DNA of 63,748 nt, the filler included, from Folioceros fuciformis (taxonomy: Eukaryota), in NCBI GenBank assembly GCA_049999805.1. It is 6 parts of 5 records of this genome, joined end to end, with 100 filler letters (N's around TTAATTAATTAA, not from the genome) between each part and the next. Parts side by side here need not be neighbours in the genome. Positions count along the whole stretch, not along the records: positions 28,549 to 43,724 come from JBNGIO010005650.1; positions 43,825 to 57,319 come from JBNGIO010005650.1; 4 more parts are not named here. One strand, written 5' to 3'. A program made the position numbers and the translations under genes. Below, one piece after another: positions 36,617 to 47,787 of this stretch. The stretch's first letter is position 1; each line of letters starts with the position of its first letter. A model generated the notes under the pieces. That model searched no databases, had not been told where the DNA came from, and saw nothing but the letters and a program-made list of their open reading frames with translations.

Positions 36617-36707
36617 GCTGTGGACTTGAGCATGGCACCTAATCTGGGTTGTAGACTTGAGCATGGCACCTAAACTGGGTTGTGGACTTGAGCATGGCAC
36701 CTAAACT
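36617..36707. repeat. ~31-bp tandem repeat
   Basis: tgtggacttgagcatggcacctaaactgggt, 3 copies. Confidence 0.85.
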
Positions 36708-37616
36708 CTAATCTGTTTTCGGCAAAAGCAAAAAGCCTGAATAGGGTTGCAGGGCAGAGCAAGGAGATAGAGAACATTCATTTTTCCTCTCCATGTTTGT
36801 GCGCAGGCACATCCTTTCAATCACCTTGCCAAGCAAACACTTTTCTTGAAGCCATCAGTGGAAATGTCTGCTTTGGCTAGGAAGGTCTAATTTGCAAATA
36901 CACCTAAGTGTACATGTATAATGTGTTTTTAAAAAAACCAAGAGGGAGATAATGCATTCGCTTTGGCATAGTCTCTCTTTGATTTGGTTTGGTTCTTTGC
37001 CACGAAATATAAAATTGGTTCTTTGCCAAAGCGGAAAAAAAAAGAGAGTAGGAATGGGGATGAATATGCTCTAGATACCCATGACAAAGAAATAATATAA
37101 TATTAGCAGAGAGAGATTTACCACTTTGGCATGCCATATGTAAGCCGTTTCTCATGTGTTTTTATTTGTCATTCACATTTGATCAATTTGCATCCGTTAA
37201 GGTGCAAAACCTTTGCCCTTCAGAAAAAGCAGTGTGGGTTACATTGGGAACGTGAAATCAGCAGTTTGAGTCGTCGGAACATCCACGTGAAATCTCCGTA
37301 TATCAAGTGCAATCGTAATTCTGACAGTAAAGGATGCAACCCCTTTGCGACAATCCTCTGGTACCTACAATTACCAACGCGTGGTGATGCAATTCAATGG
37401 CAGTTGTAAACAGCTGCCGCTCACCTGACTGGACGGAAGCGAGGGAGCCTTCGAGGAATGCAGCTTCCTTAGCTTGTGTTGGGAAAGCTAGCCCCTCTCC
37501 TCCTTGAACTGGACAAGGCTGACAGGGATCTTACACGGAAGGAATTGGGCAAGAGCTCTTGTGGCCCCTGACAGCTAGTTGTCGAAGCCACCAATCCCCA
37601 CCAAACCATCTACCTT

Positions 37617-40600
37617 ATGGCTGCCCAGCTGGCCGCGTCGAATATCCACAAAGGGGTTGCTCCACTTGGGTCTAGCTGGAGCGTGGCGGATGATGCTCAA
37701 CTTCTCACGCCTGCAGGATACGGAAGGGCCGTGACGGTTGAAACTGTGAACAAACTATGTGAGCAGGGGCAAGTCGAAGGGGCCATTGAGGCTCTAGGAC
37801 TTCTGGTGCGCACACATTGTCATATTACCACATCTCTGTTCTATCATGTCTTGCGGGAATGTGTGGGTAAGAAGAATCTGCCTCTGGGTCGCCGTGTTCA
37901 TGCTCTAACGGTGAGGCAGGGGTATGAGTCGGACACGTTCGTTTGCAGCCACATCCTGCGAATGTATGCCTCGCATTCCAGGCTGCAAGAAGCTACGGAG
38001 GTGTTCGCTATGCTTGCGAAACCCGATGCTTTCGCCTGGTCTGCCATCATTTCCGCTCACATAAAAGTCGGACAAGAAAAACAGGCCATCCGACTGTATC
38101 ATGAGATGCGGAAGTCACGTGTGAAGCCGGATGGACATGTGTTCGTAGTAGCCCTGCATGCTTGTGCAAGGGGACTAGACTTGGAATCTGGGAAGCAGGT
38201 GCATGCCCATGTGTTGGCTACTGGTGTCGATTGTGACTTGTTTGTTTGTAGTTGCTTGGTAGACATGTATGCAAAGTGTGGCAGCTTGGAAGACGCTCAG
38301 AGACTGTTTGACGGGCTTCCTCGAAAGGATGTGGTGGTGTGGAATGCCATGATCGCAGGATATTCCCATAATCGCAGGGGTCAGGAAGCCCTTCGTCTTT
38401 ATGCCTGTATGCAGCAAGGTGGTGTGGCCCTGCCCAATTCCGTGACATTTGTGTCCGTCCTGCTGGCGTGTGCGACTCTTGGCAGCCCAGCTTTGAAGGA
38501 GGGCAAGCAGCTTCATGCACAGATTAGAGAACTAAGGCTTCAGGATGACCCAGTTGTAGGTGGGAGCCTGGTAAATATGTACGCAAAGTGTGGCAGCCTT
38601 GAGGATGCCCGGGCTGTTTTCGACAGACTTGTTCAAAAAACTGCCGTGACGTGGAATGCCATGATAGCAGGATACTCCCAGAATGGTATGGGTCAAGAAG
38701 CTCTTCGTCTTTATGGTTCGATGCAACAGAATGGAATGGCTGCACCCAATTGCGCCACGTTTGTGTCCCTTCTGCAGGCTTGTGCAGGTGTGGGCACTGC
38801 TGCTTTGGAGAAGGGATCGCAGCTTCATGCACAGATTAGGGAAGGAGGACTTCAGGCTGATGTGGTTACAGGTGGCAGCCTGGTGAATATGTATGCAAAG
38901 TGTGGCAGGCTAGAGGATGCGCGGGGCGTGTTTGATGGACTTCATCGGAAAAATGTGTTCACGTGGAATGCTATGATAGCAGCATATTCCCAGCAGGGGA
39001 TGGAGGAGGAAGCCTTTCGACTTTACCAGACTATGCAAGAAGAAGGCACTGTTGCGCCCGATTCTGTAACATTTGCATCCCTCCTGCAGGCATGTGCAAG
39101 TTTGGGCACACCTGCTTTAGAGAAGGGGCGCCAGCTGCATGCACGCATCAGAGAACATGGACTTCAAGCTGATACGTTTGTCAGCAGCAGTTTGGTAAAC
39201 ATGTATGCAAAGTGTGGCAGCCTAGACATGGCTCGAACAGTTTTTGATGGACTCTGTTCAAAAAATGTTGTGACATGGAGTGCCATGATAGCAGGATATT
39301 CACAACAGGGTATGGGGCAGGAAGCCCTTCATCTCTACAATGCAATGCAAGAAGAAGGAAGTGCTACACCCAACTCTGTGACATTTGTGTGCCTCTTGCA
39401 GGCATGTGGAAATCTGAGCACCCTGGGTTTGGAGAAGGGAAAGCAACTTCATGCCAAAATTAAGGAACGAGATCTTCAAGCTGATGTGTTTGTTGGCAAC
39501 AGCTTGGTAAGCATGTATTCAAAGTGCAACAGCCTAGTGGATGCTCAGGTTGTGTTTGATGGACTTGCTCAGAAAGATGTGGTGACGTGGAATGCCATGA
39601 TTGCAGGATACTCCCAGCAGGGGATGGGGCAGGAAGCTCTTCGTCTCTACAGGGCTATGCAGGAAGAAGGCATTGTTGCCCCCGATTGTATGACATTTGT
39701 GAGCCTGCTGCAGGCATGTGCCAAAGTGGGCAACCCAGCTTTGCAGTTAGGAAAACAGCTTCATGTACAAATCGTAGAACGAGAACTTCAAGCTGATATG
39801 ATTGTGGCATGCAGTTTAGTAAGCATGTATGCAAAGTGTGGGAGCATAGAGGATGCCCAAGGTGTCTTTGATGGACTTCCTCAAAAAGATGTGGCTACGT
39901 GGAGTGCTATGATCGCTGGATATGCCCAGAAGGACATGGGGCAGCAAGCCCTTCATCTCTACAGGGCTATGCAAGGGGATGGCCTTGCTGCTTCTGATTC
40001 TGTGACATTTGTGTCTCTCCTCCAAGTATGTGCAAATGTAGCAGCTTTGCAATTGGGTCGGCAGCTTCATGCACAGATCAAAGAGCAAGGGCTTCAAGCG
40101 GATGTGCTTGTTGGTGGCAGTCTGATACACATGTATGGAAAGTGCGGCAGCATGGGTGATGCACAGCAGGTGTTCGAAGCATTGTCCGAGAAAGACGAAA
40201 TCACCTGGAATGCACTAATGTCAGGATACGTACAACAGGGAGACAGTGAAGAGGTCTTCAATTTGTTGGTCAGAATGAGAAAAGATGGGATACAGCCAGA
40301 TGGCGTCACTTTCCTCAGTGTTCTAACAGTCTGCGGTCATACGGGTCTGGTGAACGATGGGCGAGAGTACTTCGAGGCTATGAGCGATCACTATGGCATA
40401 ACTCCGGGGGTGGACCACTACACGTGCATGGTGGATCTTCTGGGTCGTGCAGGACAAGTAGAAGACGCATTAGCTTTAGTCCAGGCCATGCCTATTCCAG
40501 CTGATGCAGCGGTTTGGCACACTCTATTGAGCGCTTGTCGAAAGTGGAGCAATGTGGAGGTGGGGCAAATTGCTTTTGATGAGGCAATGAAGCTAGACAA

Positions 40601-40796
40601 GCAAGATACTGCAGCATATCTGTTGATGTGGAATGTTTACAGCGATGCCCAGATGTGGGAGAAGGCACAGCAGATGCGGTCAAGGGGAGCAAGAATCAGG
40701 GAACGGAAGCAGCCAGGCCAGAGCTGGTGGACGGACATGGATGGACTGGTGCATGGTTTCTCGGTCGGGTGCAAGAAGTATCGCAGCGAAGAATGA
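37617..40796 (+). CDS. PLS-class pentatricopeptide repeat protein (organellar RNA-editing factor type) with E domains and a truncated DYW:WW-type tail
   Basis: 1059-aa intronless ORF with ~104-aa P-L-S triplets (LVNMYAKCGSLEDA..VF; WNAMIAGY). C-terminus HYTCMVDLLGRAG, VWHTLLSAC, PGQSWWTDMDGLVHGFSVG, then stop. No HxE or CxxC. Confidence 0.95.
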   Translation: MAAQLAASNIHKGVAPLGSSWSVADDAQLLTPAGYGRAVTVETVNKLCEQGQVEGAIEALGLLVRTHCHITTSLFYHVLRECVGKKNLPLGRRVHALTVRQGYESDTFVCSHILRMYASHSRLQEATEVFAMLAKPDAFAWSAIISAHIKVGQEKQAIRLYHEMRKSRVKPDGHVFVVALHACARGLDLESGKQVHAHVLATGVDCDLFVCSCLVDMYAKCGSLEDAQRLFDGLPRKDVVVWNAMIAGYSHNRRGQEALRLYACMQQGGVALPNSVTFVSVLLACATLGSPALKEGKQLHAQIRELRLQDDPVVGGSLVNMYAKCGSLEDARAVFDRLVQKTAVTWNAMIAGYSQNGMGQEALRLYGSMQQNGMAAPNCATFVSLLQACAGVGTAALEKGSQLHAQIREGGLQADVVTGGSLVNMYAKCGRLEDARGVFDGLHRKNVFTWNAMIAAYSQQGMEEEAFRLYQTMQEEGTVAPDSVTFASLLQACASLGTPALEKGRQLHARIREHGLQADTFVSSSLVNMYAKCGSLDMARTVFDGLCSKNVVTWSAMIAGYSQQGMGQEALHLYNAMQEEGSATPNSVTFVCLLQACGNLSTLGLEKGKQLHAKIKERDLQADVFVGNSLVSMYSKCNSLVDAQVVFDGLAQKDVVTWNAMIAGYSQQGMGQEALRLYRAMQEEGIVAPDCMTFVSLLQACAKVGNPALQLGKQLHVQIVERELQADMIVACSLVSMYAKCGSIEDAQGVFDGLPQKDVATWSAMIAGYAQKDMGQQALHLYRAMQGDGLAASDSVTFVSLLQVCANVAALQLGRQLHAQIKEQGLQADVLVGGSLIHMYGKCGSMGDAQQVFEALSEKDEITWNALMSGYVQQGDSEEVFNLLVRMRKDGIQPDGVTFLSVLTVCGHTGLVNDGREYFEAMSDHYGITPGVDHYTCMVDLLGRAGQVEDALALVQAMPIPADAAVWHTLLSACRKWSNVEVGQIAFDEAMKLDKQDTAAYLLMWNVYSDAQMWEKAQQMRSRGARIRERKQPGQSWWTDMDGLVHGFSVGCKKYRSEE

Positions 40797-42570
40797 TAAC
40801 TCTTACATGGAAAGGAAAAACTTACGTACAACATGTGGACTTGGTTTCTGCCGGAAGTATCTGACGAGGATAGGCCATTCACTTCTGAGTGGACAGGGAA
40901 ATATGTTCAGGTGCGCATTGTAGAGAGTGAAGCCCCAGAATAATCGACAACGTTGTTCCGCTTCCATAGACATGGAGGGGGAAGCTGGTGATGCCTTCGA
41001 AGCCAAACTCTCAAAGGGATGGCAATTCCTATACCTATTAAAGAGACATGCAGGACTAAGAAGAGACAAACAACGGGGTGCTCCTTCCAGGTCGTATTGG
41101 TGAAGCAGCAGTCCGGATGGATGCAATGGCTTTTGAGACAGCTCTTTGCGGCGTCGTTCTGGATATATTAGGATGCTTCTCAATGGCCGGTGACGTCTTA
41201 CCACGTTTGTTGGCGGGACTAAAGAAGGATTTTTGGTGGCATCAAGGGAATGGCCAAGAGTTTTCCATTTCAAACCTAAAGCTGGCTCAAACGCTTGAGA
41301 GCTGGATGCTTGAAAACGCTTGAGACGTAGTTGGTTGAATTCCAATCTTTCCTCCGCACACTGGGAAATTCTTGGCCAAGCTCTCCTGATGTGTAAGCTG
41401 TCTACACGCCTTGGATTTACTGTTGGACGTTGGTGCCGAAATCCTCTGGTCCAGCTGAGATGCAAAGAATCCTCCAGTAGATACTTTGGGCCATTCGTTC
41501 TACACTCGATGTCTTAAACTATGACTTGGAGATTGGAAAAGCTCATCTGTGTTTCAGCTATGGCACCGAAGCTCGAGCTGTGTGAATCAAGCTTCTGCGA
41601 GAAAACTAGCTCAGTTCCGAAGCCGAAATCTGGAACCTTGCACATTTTTGTTTCGAACACTATACGTTATTCTTCTTACAACAACTACTACGAGCAGACG
41701 GACAGCATCCAGCAGTAAGACACTGGGAACTTCTGGTCTGCTCCTTCAGCGAGAGCGAACGAGATGTGCTGTTCAAGCTTACCAGTCAAGAGCGACAAGC
41801 AGAAATCTGCTCAAACGTAAAGGTCGAAGAAAATTGTGATTTCAGACCCCTATCAGCTACCATCTATACACAAGAGCAACTGCCCCCAGTCTACACCTCG
41901 CAGACTCGCCAAAACCCCTAGCACCAGCCAATAGAACAGAACTTTTCGTTTACGTGCACGAAGAATTGTCATTGAACGGAGAAGACTTTGAGAAGACACG
42001 GCTTTTAGTGGATATTTGCCACTGCGAACACCCTCTTCGCGAACACGGATTCAAAACACCAAAAACGGAGGAGCTGCAAGACATACAAAAAGGTGGTAAG
42101 CGAGCGCATAACAGCCCGATTTAAGGTCTGCCATGGGCTATCCATTAATCGGACTGAGCTGCCATCGTCAAAGGGGATCACGCAGAACGAGAGGGGGAGA
42201 GCCAACTCCACCCAGCTAAGTGGAGAAAACGGACATACCTGTACACGAGGCAAACATGTCCGTTACAAGGCTGTAGAGACGTCGTAGTGCGCCAACATGT
42301 TTGAAGAGCGAGCGCTCTCTAGAACGATCTCCTCCTCCCCTGAGAAGATGGCCTTGAATGAACAGATATAGCACTAGTCAAACCACAAAACCTTCACCAA
42401 GATTTCGCTAGGGGCGTACTCATATCCTCGGGGGAGCTTGGAAGGCAGCTGGCGACTGTCCACAGGCCACAGCAGGAACTCGAGATTGAGTTTGAGGAGA
42501 GGAGGCACGGCCAGGCCCCTTTCACTCATGGGACTGGGGGACGGCTAGGCATAAAACTGCGGGACGGCTT

Positions 42571-43525
42571 TCAATCATTAAACTGCTCATCATGGGAGCC
42601 TCCGGGGCGGCTGGGCATAGTCCTTGACTGAGCAGGGATGGCAACGGCCTGCCTGTGCATACGGGCGTCGACAGGTCTTCCCGGTGGCCGAAAACCCCAT
42701 TCATTGTTCGCACCTCTGTTCTCCTGAGTATAGAACGCACCAGGTACAAAACTGCACCGGTTGTTGCCTTCGCGTCCTTCATCCCCGAAAAATATATCCT
42801 CAAGCGCGGAAGACAGATCTGCATCACCAGGGTTCTGGATTCCCGCAGAGGAGGACGGCGCGGCGTTGCTAGCAGACTGCCTCGGCACACCCCTTCTTGA
42901 ACGCATCGACAACGCGGACGATGCCATCACAACCTTCCCCTCACACTCCTCGACGCCCTTGAGACGATTGCCTGCGGGCTGGGAAAAACAGCTCCAAGGA
43001 ACCTCCACAAAACCGCGTGCCTCCAGCAGCAAAAACATCCTCAATCCCAACTGTTTGCACGGCTTTCCCCATCCTACGCTCCACTTCAACCTCCTCGGCT
43101 CGCTGCCGAGCATTCGCGGCAAGTGTCTCTTCGATAAACGCATCTATTGCAGTCATGTCCAGCGAGTCCCAGAATTCGTCGCCGTAACCATCGAAACACC
43201 CAACGTTCCCACGGTCGTCGGCCTTCGCAGCTGCTTCCCCGCACTCAAGCTGAGGTGCAGATCCGTTTGCAGCCACAGCGCTGTATCCGACAGATAAACT
43301 ACTCTGACTTACCAACTGGCCCTCCATAAGCATCGCCTCCGCATGAGCAGTTGCTTCCGCTGACAACGACACAGTTCTTTCAGAAGCCATGAGAACGAGT
43401 GCGGCTGTCTCATCCCTGGAAGCCACACACTTTTGCTTCTTCCTCCCATTCCCTTCTCCCTCGCCACGGTCAGGGATCTGCATCGACACAGACTTGTCTG
43501 CAACATTGCATCCTCTGCCAGCCAT
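42571..43525 (-). CDS. Hypothetical gene or pseudogene (orphan)
   Basis: GC- and CpG-rich overlapping minus-strand ORFs (42941-43603, 42571-43143), a GTAAGT donor at ~43311 and intron-like signals downstream. No recognisable domain. Confidence 0.35.
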
Positions 43526-43724
43526 CTTCAGCGAGATGACTACAACACTGCACGAGCGCGGCAGTCGAGGGGTGAGAAAGTTGCTACGAGAAGAGACCGA
43601 CAAAGGCCGGCAACTTCAGACTCCAGCATATCGATTAGGTCCGTAAGGAAGGCGGGCTTTCTTCCCGCCCAGGCCTCGGCAAAAGCTCCTTTTTCTTAAC
43701 AGCTTAGCCCCCAAACCTTGGAAG

Positions 43725-43824
43725 NNNNNNNNNNNNNNNNNNNNNNNNNNNNNNNNNNNNNNNNNNNNTTAATTAATTAANNNNNNNNNNNNNNNNNNNN
43801 NNNNNNNNNNNNNNNNNNNNNNNN
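43725..43824. other. Artificial contig linker
   Basis: N44-TTAATTAATTAA-N44. Confidence 0.98.
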
Positions 43825-44169
43825 TCCTTGGGCACCCCTGCAAGTTGCTTCCCATGTGAATGGTTGTTGTGCTGCTATAGGTGTGTGGCAATACCTATGT
43901 GGCTGTTGGCTTGAGGGTAGACTCCAGGGAAAGACTCCCTAAAAGTTCTCGCTAATAAGTGCAAGCACACAACAACCGGCCCAAGGAAAAACTTGTTGGC
44001 CGTTTTTTGGATTGTAAGTGTTTCGAATAGTGAACCAACTTTCGTAAGCCTGCGTGGACATCCTAGCGGAAGGGGGAGTTGCGAGTGCCCTTTCTGTTGC
44101 CGATCGCAAAGGTTCTTGTGGTGTCTGGTTGGGAGTGTTGGATGTAGGGAAACGAGCAGTTGGATAGTG

Positions 44170-44662
44170 TGGAAGGTGTTGTGAGGAGACTTGTGGGGAA
44201 AGGTGTAGGGTGTAAGAAGCTAGAAATTGGTAGGAGAGGTACTGGGGCCCTTCCAAGTGAGAAATGGTGCCTACCTACTGACTGGACGTGAGGAAGGTGT
44301 TGTAGGGAGCCTTGTGAGGAAAAGGTATTGAGTGTAGGGAGGTAGAAATCGGTAGGGGAGGTACTGGGGCTCTTCCAAGTGAAGGAATGGTGCCTACCTA
44401 CTGGCTGGACGTGAGGAAGGTGTTGTAGGGAGCCTTGTGAGGAAAAGGTATTAAGTGTAGGGAGGTAGAAATCGGTAGGGGAGGTATTGGGGCTCTTCCA
44501 AGTGAAGGAATGGTGCCTACCTACTGACTGGACGTGAGGAAGGTGTTGTAGGGAGCCTTGTGAGGAAAAGGTATTAAGTGTAGGGAGGTAGAAATTGGTA
44601 GGGTCTCGGTACTGGGGCGCTTCCAAGTGAAGGAATGGTGCCTACCTACTGACTGGACGTGT
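44170..44662. repeat. ~123-bp tandem repeat inside an LTR-like segment ending at 44824
   Basis: Unit starts at 44241, 44363, 44486 and 44611. The segment ends ...ctacaacgac...gggataccaca next to Gypsy integrase sequence. Confidence 0.85.
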
Positions 44663-44824
44663 GGCAGGATTGGTAGGTACGTGGTTGGGAGGGTTGACTA
44701 TTGTAGGGGAACGATAGACGTAGCTAACCAGGCTTAGAGGGGAGTGATTTCGGGGAAGCCTACAACGACCGTGGGATTGATGTGGCCACGATACATGTGA
44801 GCGGGTGCCTGGTAGGGATACCAC

Positions 44825-45340
44825 ACCCGCTTGCCCACACCCAACAATATCTTGGCATCAACATGCTCAACGTGCGGTTGACACCAAAATGTCTCAGTTG
44901 CTCGTGCACTTGCATAACCAATGCCTCACGCTCCATTGGTGCTGGCACCACCTTACGCTGACCATTAGACTACAACATGTACAACTTGCTATCATCCCAC
45001 ATGTATCATTTTGCCCTGTGTTGTAGCTGATCCTTGTGTCGTTGAATAGTCTCATCAACTATCTAGCCAATTCAAATGTAGTCCATTAACTATTAATTTG
45101 CCCATGCATCTCGAACACAATTGGCCCTCATAATGTAGGCTTCCTCCTTTAGTTCATATGTTGCAAGCTCAGCCAAGTTGCGACTCATAGTGACAACCTG
45201 CAATGTCATGATCCAATCATGTTGTGCCTCATTGAGATCCATGCTACTTTTTGATGGGTTCCTAGATAGTGCATTAGCATTCAAATTTGTCTTCCCTGCA
45301 CAATGTGTTATAGTGAAGTCAAACTCTTGCAAGATCATAA
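44825..45340 (-). pseudogene. Ty3/Gypsy pol fragment (RNase H end and integrase zinc-binding domain)
   Basis: ILQEFDFTITHCAGKTNLNANALSRNP followed by VPAPMEREALVMQVHEQLRHFGVNRTLSML, in Gypsy RH-IN order. Confidence 0.85.
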
Positions 45341-46336
45341 TGGGTTTCCTTCCCACTAAGGAGCAGCGGAGTCCCTCTTTCTTTCTTTCTCTCTCTCGAA
45401 TGGATGGGATGGATGGATAGCCTACCTCTCTTGCTAGCTCTTTCTCCCAAGTATCTTGTCCACTCCTTGCCCTACCGTGGCCCCTATGTCACAGCCAATC
45501 AGACAGACAGTTGAGTCAACCTCCCTGCCAACCCATAGATAGATCCCACAAACTGATGCCGCATAGGGCTCCCCTCCGGCTCCTGTCAGGCGTAGGACAG
45601 GCTTCCTGTCCAACACTCCTTGGTGCTTCTTGAAGTGAGCAAGAAGATGGAGTGGAGGCAACAGGAAGACGGAGGAGCAGGAGAGCGTAGGAATGGGTCC
45701 CAAGTAGAGTGGCGGGAGGGAGAGGAGGAGGTCGGGGCATATGCAAGTGTAAAAACTTACACTCAGCCTGCAACTGTCTGGGAATAGTTATGCCTCCCTT
45801 CCTGATAGGTACACCGGATCTTAAATGGATCGTCCTTACTGTCAGTCCGTTCGCTCAGTGGCTGTCCGAAGGTCTGGCATGTCTTCTACTCGGAAGAACT
45901 TAAGGTTGCCAAAAATAGCCCTTTATTCAAAAAAATGAATATCTCGCTTACTCCGGAAACAAGTGTGGCGGGTCGTTGGAGTGTCACTCCAATGATTATT
46001 TTTGGGCCTAACAGTTACTAAGCTTAGAATAACAACATTAGCATAATAGGTGGTTTCCACTTGAACTAACAATATGTAGAGACCATAATCTTAAGATGTA
46101 CCTACTCATATCATGCTCAAGGTGAAGCGTCCTTCAAGGTTCCTCATTCTTCTTCCTTTGGCAATCCTTTCCCATGTGATTTGAGATTCTACGTTACTTG
46201 CTTGTAATCCGACTCTTCTTATTACCTCTGGCAGGTGTTAAAGGAGATGCCTCTCCATGTTGGGAAGTATATGTAGGATATTGGAGTTGTTCACTTGTAG
46301 AACCTTGGCCTTTACCTTGTCCTCTTCCTCTACCCC

Positions 46337-46588
46337 GTGGGAGTACATCATATGCTCTTTGTTGGCTCTAGAGGGATAGTGATATCTACTTGCCTCCTCG
46401 TGGGAGTACATCACATGCTCTTTGTTGGCTCTAGAGGGATAGTGATATCTACTTGCCTCCTTGTGGGAGTACATCACATGCTCTTTGTTGGCTCTAGAGG
46501 GATAGTGATATCTACTTGCCTCCTCGTGGGAGTACATCACATGCTCTTTGTTGGTTCCAGAGGGATAGTGATATCTACTTGCCTCCTC
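46337..46588. repeat. 63-bp tandem repeat
   Basis: Four copies of gtgggagtacatcacatgctctttgttggctctagagggatagtgatatctacttgcctcctc. Confidence 0.9.
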
Positions 46589-47787
46589 TTGCGGCAATGC
46601 TTCGATAAGCTTGGAAACACTAATATTTGGATCTTCATGAACACCTTCTATTTAGCATTGTGAATCATTCCATTTTCATTTGTAATAAAGGGCCATAGGA
46701 AGATGGCAATGAAGTAGTCACCAATGTCCTAGTTACTTTCGGTAGTTTGTCTAACCTCTTTCAAGGTAAATAGGGTTTCCATCTTGATTTTTTTAAGTGA
46801 AGGAGAGTTTTGCAAGCATGGTATTGGAGGGGGCTAGTTCTCCTTTATGGCTTTGGCTTTATTGGGGTCTCCTTGGCTATGGAAAGTAAACCTTAGCCCT
46901 AACCGCAAATTGAAAGTCACCATCGTGGAATATTGCGAGTGAATACCAACTTCGCAAAGTTTGTTTTTTTTAAAGATTAAAGAGATGCTTCATCCACAGC
47001 TTCATGAGACTCAGGTCCTATTGGATGTTTTATTTATCACAAAGTGTTAGGCTCAAGGATATTCTCTCCTGAGCATTTTTTGGGATAAGTCTCCAATTTT
47101 TTTTCTTTTAATTAAAGTTACATATTTATATAATCTATAATATATTATAATGATAAAAACAAAGCTGCTAGAACATATTTTAATACAATATGAAAAAGAA
47201 AATATAACAAACGGTTTCACAACTAAGAATGGCCTTGTTTCCACAACTAACAACAGCTTCTTTCAACAACGCGTATCCATTACTTTGTAAAGAGCATTGG
47301 CCAATGCGGTTTTTAGAACAAGCACAGGTCAAGTGGCGGGTTTTAGAATAGCAACAAGTACAGGTCAAGTGGCGTTGGCACTGATGTAGGTAGGATTTTT
47401 GTTATTCCATATCATCACATTTTGGGAGCAGTAGATAATTTTGAAGAATGATATTTGAAGGGACTAGTACTCCTTTTAGCCGTCTTGGTTGTTCCTCCAA
47501 TCTTTGGAGTAGATGAAACTTTCTGTCTTTTTTTAATACTCTTATTTCACTAATAATGTGGATATACCATAGTTTGTATAAGGTTGTAGTCACTAAGGTG
47601 TACTAGGACTCTTAGTAACGTCTAGACAGGGATGCCAGGTACAACCTCAATAGCATATATGTACTGGTTCTGTTGAGACAAACATATGTACAATTGTGTT
47701 GGCGTGGTAGAACTAGAACCCAAGGAGGTTCTAGTAATAACCACCCCGGTATACGCGCTGGTCTCGTTCTCTTGAACTTGGATCCGT

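Noticed and set aside
35322-36707. Short direct repeats superficially like CRISPR arrays, and their repetitive ORFs
   Set aside because: Units are contiguous with no unique spacers, there are no cas genes and the context is eukaryotic. The ORFs are by-products of the repeats.
37905-40692. Many short alternative-frame and antisense ORFs inside the PPR gene
   Set aside because: Shadow ORFs of a repetitive coding sequence.
40803-41718. ORFs on both strands downstream of the PPR gene
   Set aside because: No domain similarity or consistent splice model; probably UTR or intergenic.
44063-46663. Repetitive ORFs 44063-44626, 46238-46597 and 46337-46663
   Set aside because: They come from 123-bp and 63-bp tandem repeats whose lengths are multiples of three; no other coding evidence.
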